From a bacterium UBP1_UBA4783 (GTDB lineage Bacteria; Krumholzibacteriota; Krumholzibacteriia; Krumholzibacteriales; Krumholzibacteriaceae): a DNA stretch of 64,000 nt. Where the stretch lies: contig DHHB01000082.1 in NCBI GenBank assembly GCA_002403075.1, positions 32,213-96,212 on the forward strand. Direction: 5' to 3'. The position numbers and the translations under genes are program-made. Position 1 is the stretch's first letter, and every line of letters starts with the position of its first letter. Positions 1 to 8,261 of this stretch are shown piece after piece. The notes beneath the pieces are model-generated. The model did no database searches, had not been told where the DNA came from, and saw only the letters and a list, made by a program, of their open reading frames with translations.

Positions 1-1050
1 AAGAGCCGGATCGAGCACGTCGGGCCTGTTCGTGGCGGCGAGCAGGATCACGCCCTCGTTCGTCTCGAAGCCGTCCATTTCGACGAGGAGCTGGTTCAGC
101 GTCTGCTCGCGCTCGTCGTGCCCCCCCCCGAGCCCCGCTCCGCGGTGCCTTCCGACGGCGTCGAGCTCGTCGATGAAGAGGATGCAGGGCGCATGTTTCT
201 TCCCCTTGTCGAAGAGATCGCGGACGCGGCTCGCGCCGACGCCGACGAACATCTCGACGAAATCCGATCCGCTCATGCTGAAGAACGGCACGCCCGCCTC
301 GCCCGCGACCGCCTTCGCGAGGAGCGTCTTGCCCGTGCCCGGAGGCCCGAGAAGAATGACCCCCTTCGGGATCCGTCCGCCGAGCCGCTGGAACTTCTTG
401 GGCTCGCGGAGAAACTCGATGATCTCTCCGAGCTCCTCCTTGGCCTCGTCCGCGCCCGCGACGTCGGCGAACGTGACGCGGGGGAGGCTGCCGTCGATCA
501 TCTTCGCCTTGCTCTTGCCGAAGCTGAACGCCTTGTTTCCGCCCGCCTGCATCTGGCGCATGAGGATGATCCAGAGAAAGACGAGCGCGAGTATGGGAAG
601 CGCGGTCGCGAGGGCCTTCATCCAGAAGCCGCCGCCCGGGAACTCCGCTTCGATCTGCGCGTCGGGGTTCTTCGCCCAGATCGCGGTCGGCAGATCCTTG
701 TCCTCGGCCGGCAGGATGACGCGGAAGCTCGAAATCACCGCCTCGTTGTTCCCCATCGGAAGGGTGATTTCCGTCGCGAGCTTGCCGCGGACTTCGAGCC
801 CCTTGATCTTGATCCGCGCCACGTTCCCCTTCTCGATCTGCCGCATGAACTGCGTGTACGTGAGCGTCCACTCGCGTTCCTTGTTCGAGTTGAAGAGGAG
901 GAACGCCATGAACGTGATGATGATCAGCATGATCCAGAGGGCCATGGAGCGCGATTGGCGCTGCGGTCCGGGCAGGGGAACCCCCGGCGGCCACTTCTTC
1001 GGGGTCGGCGGTTCCCGGCGGGGTTTGCTCGTTTTGGGATCGTCCGTCAT
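1..1050 (-). CDS. ftsH: ATP-dependent zinc metalloprotease FtsH. Only the N-terminal ~350 aa lie in the window; the gene runs off the left edge.
   Basis: Reverse-strand translation gives a signal/TM region, Walker A GPPGTGKT and Walker B ILFIDELD. It is the last gene of the conserved tilS-hpt-ftsH operon. The forward-strand ORFs 32..1306 and 118..1296 are antisense artefacts. Confidence 0.9.
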   Translation of the reverse strand, partial: MTDDPKTSKPRREPPTPKKWPPGVPLPGPQRQSRSMALWIMLIIITFMAFLLFNSNKEREWTLTYTQFMRQIEKGNVARIKIKGLEVRGKLATEITLPMGNNEAVISSFRVILPAEDKDLPTAIWAKNPDAQIEAEFPGGGFWMKALATALPILALVFLWIILMRQMQAGGNKAFSFGKSKAKMIDGSLPRVTFADVAGADEAKEELGEIIEFLREPKKFQRLGGRIPKGVILLGPPGTGKTLLAKAVAGEAGVPFFSMSGSDFVEMFVGVGASRVRDLFDKGKKHAPCILFIDELDAVGRHRGAGLGGGHDEREQTLNQLLVEMDGFETNEGVILLAATNRPDVLDPAL

Positions 1051-1112
1051 GGCGCACCCTTTTCGCTTCTACAGAACATACGTAATGGAGGCCGATTTGT
1101 CCATATCGCGGT

Positions 1113-1802
1113 TCACGATTCGAGGCGGTTCCGGCGGGGGGCGCCTTCGCCTGCCGCTTCCCGCGGACGTGCCGGCGCGGCGAGGCTTTCGGGCTCCCCG
1201 TTCCTCCGCTCCGCCTCCCCGGAGGCGTCCGCGGCCGCCGCCGCGTCCCCGGCGGCGACGGGAACGAGCTCCGCGATGTGGGAGAGGTTGCGGTAGCGTT
1301 CCATGAAGTCGAGCCCGTAACCGACGACGAAGACGTCCGGCACGCGGAAGCCGACGTAGTGGACGTCGACGGCGATCTCCCGGCAGGACGGCTTGTCGAG
1401 GAGCGCGCAGACGCGCAGGCTCCGCACTTCGCGTCCGTGGAGCAGCTCCTCGAGGACCGAGAGCGTATGGCCCGTGTCGACGATGCCGTCGATGACGATG
1501 ACGTCGCGGTCGGCGACGCTTCGCGCCATGTCGTTCAGTATCTCGATCCGCTCGCTCCGCTCGAATCCGGAGCCGTAGCTCCTGACGGCGATGAAGTCGA
1601 TTTCATGGGGAATCGTGAGGTGGCGGACGAGATCGGCGAGAAAAATAAAGCCTCCCTTGAGGAGGCTTATGAAAACGGGAGTCCGGCCCGCGTAGTCCGT
1701 CGAGATCTCGCTCGCGAGCTCGCGGACCCGGGTCTCGATCTCATCCCGGGAGATGAGCACTCGTCCGAGATGAACGGGATTTCCGGCGCCTTCCGATATC
1801 AT
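1113..1802 (-). CDS. hpt: Hypoxanthine-guanine phosphoribosyltransferase with a ~50-aa low-complexity Ala/Glu/Arg-rich C-terminal extension.
   Basis: The PRPP-binding motif [14 protein letters not shown] and the overall HGPRT pattern are present. It is syntenic with tilS and ftsH. Confidence 0.85.
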   Translation of the reverse strand: MISEGAGNPVHLGRVLISRDEIETRVRELASEISTDYAGRTPVFISLLKGGFIFLADLVRHLTIPHEIDFIAVRSYGSGFERSERIEILNDMARSVADRDVIVIDGIVDTGHTLSVLEELLHGREVRSLRVCALLDKPSCREIAVDVHYVGFRVPDVFVVGYGLDFMERYRNLSHIAELVPVAAGDAAAAADASGEAERRNGEPESLAAPARPREAAGEGAPRRNRLES

Positions 1803-1856
1803 TTCGTTTTCCTGCCCTCATCACGGAAGTGTATCACAGGCGGTCTTCCCGGGGCA

Positions 1857-3233
1857 TCAAAATCCTCGCCGGAGCAAAGAAAGTTTTATGCGTATCGCTT
1901 CTCCGCTCCCCGCGGCCACGCGAGTGCGCTCGTCCGTCGCCACGCCGGGGACCCAGAACGGCCCGTTTTCGTCCTCGAAGACGGGCAGCGCGTCCCGCCT
2001 CGAGCACGGAATCTTGCGGTCGATCATGAGATCGCTGAGCTTCTTGCTCCCCCTCATGCCGAAGGGGGTCATGCGGTCTCCCGGCCGACGCGGGCGCACG
2101 ACGATCGGAAAGCGGAGCGACGAGAACGCCGCCCGCCGCGGCCCGGCGCGGAGCGCCGTCCCCGGGCGGGCCTTCTCGACCGTCACCGAGAGGTTCCACG
2201 CGGGAAGCAGATGCCTTCCCGTTCCCCCGATGACGGCCGCGGGCCGCGTCTCCCGCCGCGCCGCCCGCCTGAAGAGCAGATCCCGCTGCTCGCGGACCAC
2301 CTCGGCGCCGTGCGGGAGGGACAGCCGCCGCCCCGAACGGCCGGTCCTCGCGAGCCGCTTCACGGCGTCGTAATGCTTCTTCTCGACGTCGCTCGCCACA
2401 CCGAGACGCTCGCGGAGAACGACGTCGACGAGGAGGTAGAGCCCGAAATCGTCGAGCCTCCCGATCTTCCCGAGCGGCACGCGGACGCCGCCGCGTTCCT
2501 CGGCGCGGGGGATGACGGCGCGCACGGGCTTCTCGATCGCGTCGCGGACCTCGGCGAGGTTGTCGGCGAGGCGCAGCAGCGCGGCGTCGATCGCGGGGTT
2601 GAACCGGCCGCGCAGGAGCGGCAGAAGCACGCGGCGGACGCGGTTGCGGAGCATCGCCGTATCCCGGTTGCTCGGATCGATCGCGTAGCGGACGCCTCCG
2701 CGCCGGAGAAACATCCGCAGCTCGTCCCGTCCGCACCCGAGAAGCGGCCGGATAAAGACGCCGCGCCGGGACGGCATGCCCGCGAGTCCGCGGAAGCCCG
2801 ATCCGCGGATGATATTCTGGAGGATCGTCTCGATCTGGTCGTCGCGCGTATGCCCGAGAGCGACGGCGGAGGCGTTCCAGGATGCGGCGCACTCCTCGAG
2901 GAAGCGGTGACGGAGAACCCGCGCCGATTCCTCCATCCCCGTGCGCAGTCTCCGCGACTCGGCCGGCACGTCCGCCGATCCGCTCATGAAGGGGAGGCCG
3001 AGGGCGCGCGCGCGCCGCTCGACGAGGCCGCGTTCGCGGCCGGCTTCGGGTCTGATCTTGTGATCGAAGTGAGCGACGGCGAGCTCGAAGGCGCCGTCGC
3101 GGGAGAGCCGGTCGAGGATCTCGAGGAGCGCCATCGAGTCGGGGCCGCCGGATACCGCCGCAATGACCCGCGTTCCCGGCGCGCAAAGGCCCCGGGAGCT
3201 CATCCACTCCCTGACCGCGTCAATACAGCGCAT
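1857..3233 (-). CDS. tilS: tRNA(Ile)-lysidine synthetase TilS.
   Basis: The N-terminal PP-loop SGGPDS and the TilS substrate-binding region are present. The start at MRCIDAV (complement ATG 3231-3233) is in frame with ORF 1857..4652. The upstream part of that ORF overlaps a tRNA and is not coding. Confidence 0.85.
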   Translation of the reverse strand: MRCIDAVREWMSSRGLCAPGTRVIAAVSGGPDSMALLEILDRLSRDGAFELAVAHFDHKIRPEAGRERGLVERRARALGLPFMSGSADVPAESRRLRTGMEESARVLRHRFLEECAASWNASAVALGHTRDDQIETILQNIIRGSGFRGLAGMPSRRGVFIRPLLGCGRDELRMFLRRGGVRYAIDPSNRDTAMLRNRVRRVLLPLLRGRFNPAIDAALLRLADNLAEVRDAIEKPVRAVIPRAEERGGVRVPLGKIGRLDDFGLYLLVDVVLRERLGVASDVEKKHYDAVKRLARTGRSGRRLSLPHGAEVVREQRDLLFRRAARRETRPAAVIGGTGRHLLPAWNLSVTVEKARPGTALRAGPRRAAFSSLRFPIVVRPRRPGDRMTPFGMRGSKKLSDLMIDRKIPCSRRDALPVFEDENGPFWVPGVATDERTRVAAGSGEAIRIKLSLLRRGF

Positions 3234-3280
3234 ATCGTGGCGGATGTCGAGCCGCGGAAGGCGACGGCCGCGAAAAAATC

Positions 3281-3356
3281 TGGTGGCGGTGCAGGGACTC
3301 GAACCCCGGACACAGAGATTATGATTCTCCTGCTCTACCAGCTGAGCTACACCGCC
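3281..3356 (-). tRNA. tRNA with anticodon CAU: elongator tRNA-Met or tRNA-Ile2, the lysidine substrate of TilS.
   Basis: Manual fold of 76 nt: acceptor GGCGGUG/CACCGCC, D-arm GCUC-AGCUGGUA-GAGC, anticodon stem GGAGA/UCUCU with loop AUCAUAA, T-arm CGGGG-UUCGAGU-CCCUG, encoded CCA. It is not initiator-like, because the anticodon stem lacks three G-C pairs. Confidence 0.8.
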
Positions 3357-3365
3357 ACAGCCGTA

Positions 3366-3405
3366 GAATAGTAGGAAGCCGGACGGGTCGATGTCAAGGG
3401 AAAAG
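3366..3405 (-). promoter_or_regulatory. Sigma70-type promoter on the minus strand: TTTTCCCTTGACA -35 block, 17-18 nt spacer, TACTAT -10. It would drive the tRNA(CAU)-tilS-hpt-ftsH unit.
   Basis: Reverse complement of 3366-3405 reads TTTTCCCTTGACA-N17/18-TACTAT. The predicted start site lies just upstream of the tRNA 5' end at 3356. Confidence 0.5.
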
Positions 3406-3503
3406 CTCGGAAGTGCCGTTCGGACAAGCCTCTTGCGCGCCGTCCGCGGTTCTGCTATAGATAAGAGGCTGTTTCTTACGACCGAACGGGAGGAGCCCGC
3501 AGG

Positions 3504-4523
3504 ATGCGCATGTATACCCCGGCGGACGCCGACGAGGGTGTTCTCGAGGGCACAACGATAGCGATCGCGGGCTACGGCAACCAGGGTCGTCCGCAGGCGC
3601 TCAATCTGCGGGACTCGGGATGCCGCGTGATCGTCGGCGCCCGGAGCGGCCGGGAGGGCTGGAAACGGGCCCGCGCGGACGGTTTCGAGGTCCTGCCGGT
3701 CGCCGAGGCGGCTCGAAGAGCCGATATCCTCATGATGCTCCTGCCGGACGAGGTTCAGGGGGACGTTTTCCGGGACGAGATCTCGGGCGCCCTGCGGGCC
3801 GGCGCGGCGATCTGCTTCGCCCACGGCTTCGCCGTCGCGTTCGGCGAGATCGACGACACGGATCACGACGTCATCCTCGTGGCCCCGAAAGCGCAGGGAG
3901 GAAGGCTCCGGGAGGCGTTCGTCTCGGGCGGCGGAGTTCCCTGCCTCGTCGGCGTCGCGCGCGACGGGACGGGCCGCGCGCTCGCGCTCGCCCTCGGCGT
4001 CGCCCTCGCTCTCGGCTGCCTTCGAGAGGGGGCGTACGAGACGACGTTTCGCGAGGAAGCGGTGAGCGATCTCTTCGGCGAGCAGGCCGTCCTCTGCGGC
4101 GGGGTGCCGGCGATCGCGAAACATGCGTTCGATCTCCTCGTTCGAAAGGGGTACAGCCCCGAGGTCGCGTATTTCGAATGCGTGCAGGAGCTCAAGATCA
4201 TCGTCGATCTTGTCGCCGAGCGCGGATTCGCGGGGATGCGGGACGTCACGAGCGGCACCGCCGCGTACGGAAGCCTCGCCTTCGGCGAGCGCGTCGTCGG
4301 GAGCGAGACGGAAACGGCGATGGAGAAGCTGTTCGATCGCATCGAGAGCGGCGAGTTCGCCCGGCTCTGGCTCGACGAGAAGCGCGCGGGCGGCGCCGCG
4401 TTCCAGCGGCTCCGCGACGAGGAACGAAACCTGGCGGTGGAGAAGGCCGGCGCGGCGATACGCGGCCGGTCGCACGGCGGCGCGGAGCGGTCCGCGCGGA
4501 CAAAGGAGAGGAACGATGCGTAA
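3504..4523 (+). CDS. ilvC: Ketol-acid reductoisomerase, class I.
   Basis: The N-terminal Rossmann motif IAIAGYGNQG and IlvC length (339 aa) are present. RBS GGGAGGAG lies upstream. A candidate TTGCGC-N17-TATAGA promoter sits at about 3436-3464. Confidence 0.9.
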   Translation: MRMYTPADADEGVLEGTTIAIAGYGNQGRPQALNLRDSGCRVIVGARSGREGWKRARADGFEVLPVAEAARRADILMMLLPDEVQGDVFRDEISGALRAGAAICFAHGFAVAFGEIDDTDHDVILVAPKAQGGRLREAFVSGGGVPCLVGVARDGTGRALALALGVALALGCLREGAYETTFREEAVSDLFGEQAVLCGGVPAIAKHAFDLLVRKGYSPEVAYFECVQELKIIVDLVAERGFAGMRDVTSGTAAYGSLAFGERVVGSETETAMEKLFDRIESGEFARLWLDEKRAGGAAFQRLRDEERNLAVEKAGAAIRGRSHGGAERSARTKERNDA

Positions 4524-5358
4524 GCTATTTCTCGCGGCGGCGATCGCGGCTGCCGCGTTCGCGGCGGGCTGCGGCAAGGACACGAAACAGGACGACGCCT
4601 CCTTCCGTATTCCCGATTCGCTCTTGTCGGAGATCGAGAGCTTCCGTCTCACGGTCGACGATTATCACGTCGTAAAAGGCGGCGTCATGGCGAACGCTCA
4701 GATCGAGCTCCGCTACCCCGCCGCCGAAGCCAGCCGGTTCGTCGCGGTCAAATCGTTCGGGTTCCTCAAGCGCGCCTACGAGGTCGTCTCGAAAGAGATC
4801 GGAAGGCCGGCCGCCGGCAAGCTCGTCGTCATCGGCACGGCCGACCTCGACGAATACAAGCTCATGACCCGGAAGGAGTGGTGGTACTACGGGGTCGTCA
4901 AGGGCGACACGATCATATTCGAGCCGCTCGACATCATGATCAAGCGAATGATCGCCGAGCCCGGCATCGCGAATCGCGTCGCGCAGGCGGCGGTGAACCG
5001 CCGCTCCGGGGGACGCTCGCCGGCGTGGCTCCGCGAAGCGGTGGCGTCGCGCATCGCGAACGAGGCGGAGATCCTCAAGATCCAGATGCCCGAGTTCGAG
5101 CACGAGGGCAGGGTCATGGACCCCTCGCCCGAGCGGATCGAAGAGGCGATCGCCGAGGGCGCGGAGCGCGGCGATTCGCGGGTCGCCTACTACGCGGCGT
5201 ACCGGATGCTGGAGAACCTCCTCGCGCGGCATTCTATGAACAACGTGCTGTCCTTCTTCGACCGTCTCCGCGAGGGTAAAACGCTGGACGAGGCCTCCGT
5301 CGGGGCGTTCGGCGTCTCGTACGCGACGCTCATCGACGCGATACGGGTCGACGGCTGA
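4516..5358 (+). CDS. Putative lipoprotein of unknown function.
   Basis: ATG 4516 overlaps the ilvC stop and follows RBS AGGAGAGG. The signal peptide MRKLFLAAAIAAAAFAAGC has a lipobox-like AAGC. It is in frame with ORF 4123..5358. Confidence 0.5.
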   Translation: MRKLFLAAAIAAAAFAAGCGKDTKQDDASFRIPDSLLSEIESFRLTVDDYHVVKGGVMANAQIELRYPAAEASRFVAVKSFGFLKRAYEVVSKEIGRPAAGKLVVIGTADLDEYKLMTRKEWWYYGVVKGDTIIFEPLDIMIKRMIAEPGIANRVAQAAVNRRSGGRSPAWLREAVASRIANEAEILKIQMPEFEHEGRVMDPSPERIEEAIAEGAERGDSRVAYYAAYRMLENLLARHSMNNVLSFFDRLREGKTLDEASVGAFGVSYATLIDAIRVDG

Positions 5359-5371
5359 GGGGCCGCGCGGC

Positions 5372-6970
5372 GTGATGGATCTCGTGGAACGGCAGAACGA
5401 CGTCGTCAGGGTGCGTTTCGCTCCGAGCCCGACGGGGCATCTCCACGTCGGGGGCGCCCGCACCGCCCTCTACAACTACCTCTACGCCCGCAAGAACAGC
5501 GGCGTCTTCGTGCTGCGCATCGAGGACACCGACGCGGCGCGCTCGACCCGCGAATCGTACGAGGGGATTCTCCGCGGCCTGCGCTGGCTCGGCCTCGAAT
5601 GGGACGAGGGGCCCGATATCGACGGTCCGTACGGCCCGTACGTCCAATCCGCGCGGAGCGTCCTCTACCACAGCGAAGCGGACCGGCTCCTGCGTGAGGG
5701 GAAGGCCTACCGCTGCTTCTGCGCCGCGGCGGAGCTCGACGCGATGCGGGCCGCGCAGGAGGCGAGGGGAGAGGCGCCGAAGTACGACGGCCGCTGCCGC
5801 TCTCTCGGCGAGACGGAGATCGAGGAAAGGCTCGCCGCGGGCGTACCGAGCGTCGTCCGCTTCGCGATGCCCCGCGACGGCGAGACGCGTTTCCGGGACG
5901 TCGTGCGCGGCGATTTTTCCTTCGGCAACGCGGAGCTCGACGACTTCGTTCTCATCAAGTCGGACGGGCGGCCGACCTACAATTACGCCGTCGTCGTCGA
6001 CGACGCGCACATGCGCATCAGCCACGTGATCCGGGGCGACGATCACATCTCCAACACGCCGCGCCAGGTGCGTCTGTACGACGCCCTCGGGTACCGGCTT
6101 CCCAAGTTCGCCCACCTGCCGATGATCCTCGGCGCCGACAAGACGCGCCTCAGCAAGCGCCACGGCGCGACCTCCGTCGACGCGTACCGGGACCTCCACT
6201 ATCTGAGCGAGGCGATGGTCAACTACCTCGCTCTGCTCGGATGGTCGTTCGACGGGAAACGCGAGCTCTTTTCGTTCAAGGCGCTCATCGAGGCCTTCTC
6301 CCTGAAGCGGGTCTCGAGCAATCCGGCCGTCTTCGACATCGCGAAAATGGAGTGGATCAACGCGGAGCATTTCAAGATGCTCCCTCCCGCGGAGAAGCTC
6401 GAGCTCGTCGCGGAGGCGCTCGAGGAAGAGGGGCTCCTGCCGCCCGCGTTCGAGGTCGATCTTTCCCGGCCCGTCGATCTCAAGCTCGTCGCGGGGAAGG
6501 AGCCGCTCAGGATCGACGCCATCGACGCCGCGAAAAAGGGCTTCGCGCGGGAGCTGCCGCGCCTCGCCCTCATCATAGAGGCGCTCGGCAACCGGCTGAA
6601 GCTCCTGAGGGACGTCCGGGAGCTCATGGGGTACTTCTACACGGACGATTTCGCCAGGGACGAAACCGCCGTGCGGAACCACCTCGCCTCGAAGGAGGCC
6701 GCATCCCGTCTCGAGGCGCTCGCCCGCGCGTACGAGGATCTGCAGTACTTCGACCGCCCCTCGGTCGAGGAGACGCTGCGCGCCCTCGCCGACCGTCTCG
6801 GGCTCCAGTCGGGGGAGCTCATCCATCCGTGCCGCGTCGCCCTCACCGGCAAGACGGTATCACCGGATATTTTCTGGGTCATCGTTCTTCTCGGCAAGGC
6901 GAAGACGGTCGAGAGGCTGCGCGCGGCGGCCGCGAACGCCCCGATTCCGCCCGCCGCGAAAGAGGGATGA
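5372..6970 (+). CDS. gltX: Glutamyl-tRNA synthetase.
   Basis: HIGH motif PSPTGHLHVGGART and KMSKS-type RLSKRHG are present. Length is 532 aa. Confidence 0.9.
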   Translation: MMDLVERQNDVVRVRFAPSPTGHLHVGGARTALYNYLYARKNSGVFVLRIEDTDAARSTRESYEGILRGLRWLGLEWDEGPDIDGPYGPYVQSARSVLYHSEADRLLREGKAYRCFCAAAELDAMRAAQEARGEAPKYDGRCRSLGETEIEERLAAGVPSVVRFAMPRDGETRFRDVVRGDFSFGNAELDDFVLIKSDGRPTYNYAVVVDDAHMRISHVIRGDDHISNTPRQVRLYDALGYRLPKFAHLPMILGADKTRLSKRHGATSVDAYRDLHYLSEAMVNYLALLGWSFDGKRELFSFKALIEAFSLKRVSSNPAVFDIAKMEWINAEHFKMLPPAEKLELVAEALEEEGLLPPAFEVDLSRPVDLKLVAGKEPLRIDAIDAAKKGFARELPRLALIIEALGNRLKLLRDVRELMGYFYTDDFARDETAVRNHLASKEAASRLEALARAYEDLQYFDRPSVEETLRALADRLGLQSGELIHPCRVALTGKTVSPDIFWVIVLLGKAKTVERLRAAAANAPIPPAAKEG

Positions 6971-7029
6971 TTCGTCAAAGATGAGGTTGCATTCCGGAGT
7001 CGAGTGTTTTATTTTCTGATACGCTCTTT

Positions 7030-7103
7030 TGGGGAGTGGTCTAATGGCAGGACAACTGACTCTGGATCAGTTTATGGGGGTTCGAATCCTCCCTCCCCAG
7101 CCA
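7030..7103 (+). tRNA. tRNA-Gln (anticodon CUG).
   Basis: Manual fold: acceptor UGGGGAG/CUCCCCA, anticodon loop CUCUGGA (CUG), T-loop GGUUCGAAUCC, encoded CCA. Confidence 0.8.
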
Positions 7104-7116
7104 TGACGCGAGAGGT

Positions 7117-7191
7117 GGCCCCTTAGTCTAGTGGTTAGGACGCTTGGTTCTCAGCCAAGAATCAGGGGTTCGACTCCCCTAGGGGCTACCA
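7117..7191 (+). tRNA. tRNA-Glu (anticodon CUC).
   Basis: Manual fold: acceptor GGCCCCU/AGGGGCU with G1:U72, D-arm GUCUAGUGGUUAGGAC, anticodon loop UUCUCAG (CUC), T-arm GGGGUUCGACUCCCC, CCA. It resembles E. coli tRNA-Glu. Confidence 0.8.
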
Positions 7192-7237
7192 ATGATACAG
7201 AGCCCGCGAAGCACAAGGCCCCGCGGGCTTCGAAGTG

Positions 7238-7280
7238 AAAGCCCGGGAAGCGTTCGTCGCCCCCCCCGGGCTTTTTCATT
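7238..7280 (+). terminator. Intrinsic terminator after the tRNA-Gln/Glu pair. It also lies downstream of the convergent minus-strand zinc-ribbon gene.
   Basis: Stem AGCCCGGG ... CCCGGGCU followed by UUUUUCAUU. Confidence 0.45.
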
Positions 7281-7311
7281 CCTCGCGGCGACCGCCGCGT
7301 CAGCAGCCCGC

Positions 7312-7500
7312 TCAGGTGGGGCCGCCCGACGATCCGCCGCCGCAGCCCTCGCACCCCCCGCAGGATCCGGCGATCGCGGAGATGAGCTTCTCGAGGTCGG
7401 CCGAGCCGCAGGAGGGGCAGACGACCTTCTGGGACGCCCCCCTGACGAGCTCTTCGAAAAGCTCGCCGCATTTCCCGCATCGATATTCGAATATCGGCAT
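7312..7500 (-). CDS. FmdB-family zinc-ribbon protein.
   Basis: MPIFEYRCGKCG...CPSCGS plus a C-terminal Cys/Gly-rich tail. The start is placed at MPIFEY inside ORF 7312..7617. Confidence 0.6.
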   Translation of the reverse strand: MPIFEYRCGKCGELFEELVRGASQKVVCPSCGSADLEKLISAIAGSCGGCEGCGGGSSGGPT

Positions 7501-7613
7501 GGTCGTCACCGCTGTTCGTTCGCGCTCCGGTCCGCGTCCTCGCGCGGTTCGGCGGTCGCCTCGCGCTGCGTTTTCTTCTTCGATCGGTCCCCGATCGAGC
7601 ATGCGGAGGACAT

Positions 7614-7703
7614 TCACGTGGGAACGCCGAGGCGGGGGAGGATGAAGAACATCAGAACAAACCAGATCGCGACAAACACGAGCAGCTTCAGCATGTCGTT
7701 CAT
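7614..7703 (-). CDS. Possible 29-aa single-pass membrane microprotein.
   Basis: MNDMLKLLVFVAIWFVLMFFILPRLGVPT is a hydrophobic helix lying between the ArsR and zinc-ribbon genes on the same strand. Confidence 0.25.
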   Translation of the reverse strand: MNDMLKLLVFVAIWFVLMFFILPRLGVPT

Positions 7704-8077
7704 CCCCCGTTTCGCCGTGACGTTCGTCCGGCCGGTGCGCCGGGCGGGGCGCTCCGGCGCGATCTCTCCGGCTCCATCGTCGCGCAGATCATGTCGCATA
7801 TCTTCTCCGGCAGACGGCTGCGAAGCCGGTAGCGCACATTGCGACGGTCCCGCCGCGACGCCACGAGCCCCTCGTCGCGGAGAACGCGAAGGTGTTTCGA
7901 GACGTTCGCCTGGGCGAGCCCCGTACCGTCGACGAGCTCCGTGACGCTTCTCTCGCCGTCGCAGAGGCAGCTCAGCACCGCGAGACGCGAAGCGTCCGCC
8001 ATCGCCTTGAGCCGTTTCGCGACGAGCTCGAGGACGGGCGCGTCGTTCCTTCGCAGCATTCGTCCCGCCTCTTTCAT
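7700..8077 (-). CDS. ArsR/SmtB-family transcriptional regulator.
   Basis: Winged HTH pattern ...RLAVLSCLCDGERSVTELVDGTGLAQANVSKHLRVLRDEGLV.... Confidence 0.7.
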   Translation of the reverse strand: MKEAGRMLRRNDAPVLELVAKRLKAMADASRLAVLSCLCDGERSVTELVDGTGLAQANVSKHLRVLRDEGLVASRRDRRNVRYRLRSRLPEKICDMICATMEPERSRRSAPPGAPAGRTSRRNGG

Positions 8078-8261
8078 ATTCTCATATACTCATACAATAA
8101 TATTTCTCCCGCGTCAAGGCGAAACCGCCGTCCGCGGCCGGCGGGAGGGGAGCCACGCCCGCCGAAACCCTTCTTCCGTCCGGCGCCCGACGGGGTTATA
8201 ATCGGCGGCGCGGCCCGGCGAGGGCCGCAGAGACGCTTGACACGGGAGGGTATTCGAGATC

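Noticed and set aside
1278-3371. 697-aa forward ORF (and 1834..3207, 1888..2373) across the tilS region, ending ...LLLYQLSYTATAVE.
   Set aside because: It is antisense to the clearly recognisable TilS protein and runs straight through the tRNA(CAU) gene. Its Arg/Ala/Pro-rich composition is typical of GC-rich spurious frames.
1857-4652. 931-aa minus-strand ORF extending far upstream of TilS.
   Set aside because: Only the last 458 aa are TilS. The upstream portion overlaps the tRNA and ilvC on the opposite strand and has no protein-like features. The start was moved to 3233.
8174-8202. TATAAT hexamer at 8197-8202 as promoter for the thioredoxin-barrel gene.
   Set aside because: The best -35 at 17-nt spacing is TTCCGT, which is weak. 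It remains a possible promoter, but support is too thin to list as a feature.
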